Positions 59,018 through 64,000 of a stretch of 64,000 nucleotides of DNA are shown one piece after another (the first letter of the stretch is position 1; each line of letters opens with the position of its first letter). Origin of the DNA: Antedon mediterranea (Eukaryota > Animalia > Echinodermata); assembly GCF_964355755.1 (NCBI RefSeq), contig NC_092672.1, positions 32,618,437-32,682,436 of the forward strand, read 5' to 3'. The notes below the pieces were generated by a model. It had not been told where the DNA came from. It saw only the letters and a list, made by a program, of their open reading frames with translations, and did not search any database. Position numbers and translations under genes: made by a program.

Positions 59018-59898
59018 AAACATTCGTCATATTGATTTTGGTATTGATTTTTGGAAGTCTTAGCAACAAGTTAGCCATTCATGTGATCATTAAAAATGAT
59101 TCACTAAAAAACTAAACAATTATTCACTAAAATGATCCATATGACGCGATCGATACTAGCAGACAAATCGGCAGTAAACATTTAGAATTTAAAGGCTGCT
59201 TAAAAAAAACATTACAAGTAAAAAGAATTGTAAATGACAAAATGGGTTAGTTCTTAGAATTATATTATATTGATCATGTGACTGTCCTTTTCAAAAGGTA
59301 GGTATGATTCTGATTGGTTGATCTCCATAAAACGAAACAATAAATACACACAATGTATGATTATATAGCTACAGACCAAAGAGTATAGAAGCTTCGATTT
59401 CAATGGTCGTGTTTATACAACACCCTAAATTTGAACACGGCTTAAATTTTTAGCGTGTTGTTCGGACCGAGGTCAACCCACCTTAACGTTTGCTGTTATA
59501 CTAGAAATCACGATACCGTGTTGTACCGGAAGTTTCATCAACACGCAGTGCATGCTAGTATAAAAGGTCAAATCGTTGATCGCTTGAATTGAATTGTTGG
59601 CTGGGTTGTTGTCAACAAATCATCGTCGCCTCCTCGCTGTCCGATGTATTCGCGCGGTTTTTACCATTTTCATTATTGTATTCGTTCACGTTTGCATTGT
59701 TGTTTATTTTGTTGTCGGTTCATTTAAATTAATAAAAGTTATTTTAAGGGTTTCATTGTTTCATCTATACACTATGGAAGAAGATGCCATTTTTGCGATG
59801 TTATTTTTTATTCTGTTTGGAGTGGGAAACGATAGTCTATAGAGGCCTACTACCACTACGAGTTGGCCCTACCAGGCTAGGCGTAAGACGTGGTAGGA

Positions 59899-60745
59899 TA
59901 TGGAACGCCGTTTACGCAACATTTCGATGATATGAATTTTATGACGCGATATGTGAATGAAATGCATCGATATGAATTGAATGGCGTGATATATGAATGA
60001 AATGTTTTGAATTGAATGCTTTGAATTGAATGTTTTGAATGAAATGTTTTGAATGAAATGTTTTGAATTGAATGTTTTGAATAAAATGTTTTGAATGAAA
60101 TGTTTTGAATGAAATGTTTTGAATGAAATGTTTTGAATGAAATGTTTTGAATGAAATGTTTGAATTGAATTGAAAAGTCAAACTATTGGCGGCGTATGTC
60201 ATTCCCGCTCGCGATTTTTTTTCAACCTCTTAATAGGCCTAAGCATGGGTACCCTCATCTCCTTTCAACGCTGTCATCAATATGAATCCTTTACAGAGAC
60301 TCCCTAACAGACCTGAAACATTGGAATACATATTTCCGAACCCAGGTCTGTTAGGATTCTCTGTAAAGGCAGCGTGGAAGAAAGGAGATGAGGGTACCCA
60401 GGCTTAGGCCTAAGAGGTTGAGAAAATAATCGCGAGCGAGAATGACATACGCCACCAATAGTTTGACTTTTCAATTCAATTCAAACATTTCATTCAAAAC
60501 ATTTCATTCAAAACATTTCATTTAAAACATTTCATTCAAAACATTTCATTCAAAACATTTCATTCAAAACATTTCATTCAAAACATTTCATTCAAAACAT
60601 TTCATTCAAAATATTCAATTCAAAGCATTCAATTCAAAACATTTCATTCATATATCGCACCATTTAATTCATATCGATGCATTTCATTCACATATCGCTT
60701 CATAAAATTCATATCATCGAAATGTTGCGTAAACGGCGTTCCATA
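59899..60745. mobile_element. fully palindromic MITE with TATGG termini and 6-bp TSD (IS3EU-like)
   Basis: TIR tatggaacgccgtttacgcaacatttcgatgatatgaat; TSD gtagga at 59893-59898 and 60746-60751; arms contain 14-bp gaatgaaatgtttt repeats. Confidence 0.85.
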
Positions 60746-62132
60746 GTAGGAGGATGATTGCTGGCAGCGAAGCAGCAATAAATGGGCCCAATCTTGTTAG
60801 ACGTCGCATGACATGATTGATATTACGACCTGTTTTAACGAGAGGTCAAAATATACCCTGAGGACACTTCCAACACGGTAACGGCGACCGGGAATCCACC
60901 AAATTTTAGGATTCAGCCAAGTAGCCTTTTTTGCAATTAAAATCTCATTACACGGAATCTCTTTGTTTTTATACAACACACTTCTCGTAGGCGTGTAGAA
61001 TATGCGTGTAATAGCGTGTTGTATAAACGCGCCCAATGACAAATCGATTGATGTCGTCTGTCGTCATCCGGACTAAGGCTATCAAATAGCATTGCCTGGA
61101 CCAGAGAAGGTTATCAAATAGCCTTGCCTGGACCAGGGACGACTATTAAATAGCCTTGCCTGGACCAGGGAATTGTGAAATGTGTAATTACACTCTTCCC
61201 TGTCTGGACCTATAGAAACCATCAAAACTGTGCAGAGGTGGGGAGCGAGGAAACACCTCGCTATATCCGCCGTGCACACAGTGAATACATGACGTAGTAT
61301 GGAATGGCTAGACAAGATATTGATTTGAACTCAAATAGGCCTACTTATAAATCAGCATAGAATAAATAAAAGGCCGACTATTCAAGGCTACGCTTCACTT
61401 GAAGCCGAGGGGTGTACCCTTTCAACGTTTAGAATAAACATCGCCCAGTTCTAAAGCAATCTTTTGAACCATATACAGTGTGTGGTTAGGCCTATTATAG
61501 TTTTCTTTTATGATTTGAATACTGCAATTGAAAACTTTTAGGGGAATTCTTCTACAAAATCTATTAACACGATGAGTTTTCTTCTTCATCACTGTCAATG
61601 GAGTCGCACTATAATCATCTCAATCAAAGAGAGGGTTCCGTGTTCGAATCTCGGTTGGATGGCTTTATCTCATTTTCACAGATTTCCTCGTCTTTACCTT
61701 TTCACTAATTAATTTTCAGTATATTTGTGTATGTTTGTAATGCCTGTACATTTTTACTTATAATGTATAGGCCTAATCTACCGATTCTTATCTGAATCAT
61801 GCATATTTAAATATTTACTTAACATAATATTATTAAATATATTTGTTCTTTCACTTATACTGTACATTTAATATTAAAACACTCAAAGTTCAAAACCTAT
61901 ATGATTTTTCATACACTAGTAAATTACATAGAAAAGTAAAATTGTACAATTTCGTGATACATTTATATATATAATATAATAATTAACTTGGTACAAATAC
62001 AAATTTTAACTAAAGAGGAGCACAGCTGACATTTCGGGGTGCCTCCCATCCCATTTTCGTGTACAGTCATTTTTAATATCTGCTACGCAATTTCTTTGAT
62101 GAATGATGCCGCATTATTTAAAATAAATCAAG

Positions 62133-63731
62133 TTACAGCAAAATACATGGGCATGTGGTGGAACGGTGTTGAGATTCTGTTCTTTGACTTCTTTGTGATT
62201 CTGCTCTTTGGTGACTTCGATCTTCTTGACTCTGATCTGAATCTGAATCTAGATAACATGTCACATAATGGTTAGGTAATTGTCTTTGCTCTTGCAGTTG
62301 TTGTATTTGAGCTTGCAGTTGTTGTTGGCTTTGAGCTTGCAGTTGTTGTTGTCTTTGCGCTTGCAGTTGTTGTTGTCTTTGCGCTTGCAGTTGTTGTTGT
62401 CTTTGTTTTTGCAGTTGTTGTTGTCTTTGAGCTTGCATTTGTTGTTGTCTTTGAGCTTGCAGCTGTTGTTGTCTTTGAGCTTGCAATTGTTGTTGTCTTT
62501 GAGCTTGCAGTTGTTGTTGTCTTTGAGCTTGCAATTGTTGTTGTCTTTGAGCTTGCAGTTGTTGTTGTCTTTGAGCTTGTAGTTTTTGTTGTCTTTGCGA
62601 TTGCAGTTTTTCTCTCTGTGCTTGTAACTGTTGTTGTCTTTGCGCTTTCAATCTGGTTTCTCTTTGCGCTTCATAGTTTGTTGAAGCAATCGGTACACTA
62701 TCATAGAATCGACCACTGTTTTCTGTTATTGTAACAACATGATGGTCAGATGTTTGCCTTCTAGATTTTGATATCGATGACTCATGTCCATGTCCTGTAT
62801 AGTTTAAATTTCTCGCATCACTGCGTGATGAATAGTTTGCAGTAGGCATCTGTCCAATCTTTCGCCATAACATACATTTTATTCGTAGATTACGCTGTGA
62901 ACTGAAGTCAAACAATTGGGACAACTCTTTTATCTGCCAAGATTGTTCTGCCATGGGCAGCTGATACGGATTATCCTCACCTCGATCAATAGTAGCAACC
63001 TCAACAAAGTTTGCCTGCCTAGCAACAGAACTAAAAAACTCTGTATTACCACCTTTTGAATTTTCCAAATAGAATAAGTAGGCACCTGATTTAGCATGGC
63101 TTAGTAAATCTTTAAGTGTATGTCGTGCATTTCGTAGTACTCGTATAGCTGATATAAACTTGCTACATGTGATCAGATCTGCTTTGGCTATGGCTTTAAG
63201 ATGTTCAGATGCAACACGTCTACTAATGGCTTCAAAATGAAGATAATCAGCTGATAACTGTGGTTGCTGATCTAGGCTTGCTAGTAAGCATTCAAAAGCA
63301 ACATCCCAGCTGGAATGTCTATCAAGAACAGTCGCAGTAATCCGAATATCTTCATAACCTCTACTGTTGAGAAACATCCTGACACCAAACAAGTCTGTAC
63401 CGGGTCCTCCGCCCAAAGCGCAGATATTAAGACAGCCGCGGATTGAAACTCTTTCTAATAGCATGTTTAAATGCATGTCAACGTAGAATTGCTGTAGACT
63501 GTCGAAGATACCATAGCATAAGGCGGGAAAATAGAGAAACACATAACAGGCTTGGTACGCAGGATCGTCAAAATCTACATCTCCGTCACCTTGATAAAGC
63601 GATGAGGGTTTATAACAGTCGACAAGTTCCTGCATGCATTCGGTCAGTTCGTCATGCCTGTCGGTGTACAGTAATATTCTATGGACCCCTTGCTTCATGA
63701 GAAGCAGAACAGGTTGTCCAAATCTTTCCAT
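62133..63731 (-). CDS. SAM-dependent methyltransferase-like paralogue 4 with QAQRQQQL repeats and C-terminal CaaX (CPCILL)
   Basis: Intronless 532-aa ORF with the same domain at about 62860-63731; 24-bp repeat at about 62290-62650; ends C-I-L-L-stop. Confidence 0.87.
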   Translation of the reverse strand: MERFGQPVLLLMKQGVHRILLYTDRHDELTECMQELVDCYKPSSLYQGDGDVDFDDPAYQACYVFLYFPALCYGIFDSLQQFYVDMHLNMLLERVSIRGCLNICALGGGPGTDLFGVRMFLNSRGYEDIRITATVLDRHSSWDVAFECLLASLDQQPQLSADYLHFEAISRRVASEHLKAIAKADLITCSKFISAIRVLRNARHTLKDLLSHAKSGAYLFYLENSKGGNTEFFSSVARQANFVEVATIDRGEDNPYQLPMAEQSWQIKELSQLFDFSSQRNLRIKCMLWRKIGQMPTANYSSRSDARNLNYTGHGHESSISKSRRQTSDHHVVTITENSGRFYDSVPIASTNYEAQRETRLKAQRQQQLQAQREKLQSQRQQKLQAQRQQQLQAQRQQQLQAQRQQQLQAQRQQQLQAQRQQQLQAQRQQQMQAQRQQQLQKQRQQQLQAQRQQQLQAQRQQQLQAQSQQQLQAQIQQLQEQRQLPNHYVTCYLDSDSDQSQEDRSHQRAESQRSQRTESQHRSTTCPCILL

Positions 63732-64000
63732 CTGATGTGCTCCGGGTGAAAGTGTTAATATGAGTAAAATGAAATAACAGTAAATATAGTAGTAGATCTG
63801 GTAAGTCCAAATAACCCTGCAGCCTACACGAGACCTTTCGACCGAAGTAACTTTAGTAGCTGTAGGTCTATCTATAAAAATCTAAGATAATTTCGAACAG
63901 ATTGCGGGAACTGAGAACAAATTTCCTCAAGTAGAAGGCCTAGCGTCTATACAATTTCGATCATTAACTATGTTTTGCTACAGGACGCGAGAACTTGGAA

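Noticed and set aside
59939-60202. 87-aa ORF
   Set aside because: Translation of 14-bp repeats in a MITE arm.
62280-62582. Leu/Ser-rich plus-strand ORF
   Set aside because: Antisense of the Q-rich repeat in paralogue 4.
30865-63731. Bacterial contamination or a prokaryotic restriction-modification island
   Set aside because: The ORFs are interleaved with spliced genes and eukaryotic transposons, one is fused to eukaryotic PABP, and there is no operon structure or DNA-MTase DPPY/PC motif. An ancient horizontal origin of the domain is not excluded.

Overview
This is AT-rich, intron-containing genomic DNA from an invertebrate animal, not a prokaryote. The left half holds two divergent housekeeping genes. 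One is N-acetylneuraminate lyase (NPL, minus strand, 12 coding exons per isoform), which has a duplicated, apparently mutually exclusive 143-nt catalytic exon. The other is an SLC35E2-like transporter (plus strand). Their introns carry a LINE, a CORE-type SINE, a Helitron, nested MITEs and satellites. The right half (about 30-64 kb) is a fast-evolving cluster that looks immune-related. It contains four paralogues with intronless CDS of an uncharacterised class I SAM-dependent methyltransferase-like domain ([10 protein letters not shown] motif), each with a different C-terminal module: a Q/P/W repeat, a decayed tail, captured poly(A)-binding-protein RRMs plus a 48-aa repeat array, or a Q-rich repeat ending in a CaaX box. 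These flank a PARP12/ZAP-like gene with three tandem CCCH-finger modules, WWE domains, an H-Y-I catalytic triad and a terminal CaaX motif. A MITE in the PARP catalytic exon could be spliced out in frame. NF-kB-like sites lie upstream of three methyltransferase genes and of the PARP gene. The best candidate for an undescribed system is this methyltransferase/ZAP-like locus, especially the methyltransferase-PABP fusion. Exon coordinates were read by eye and the functional claims are inference.
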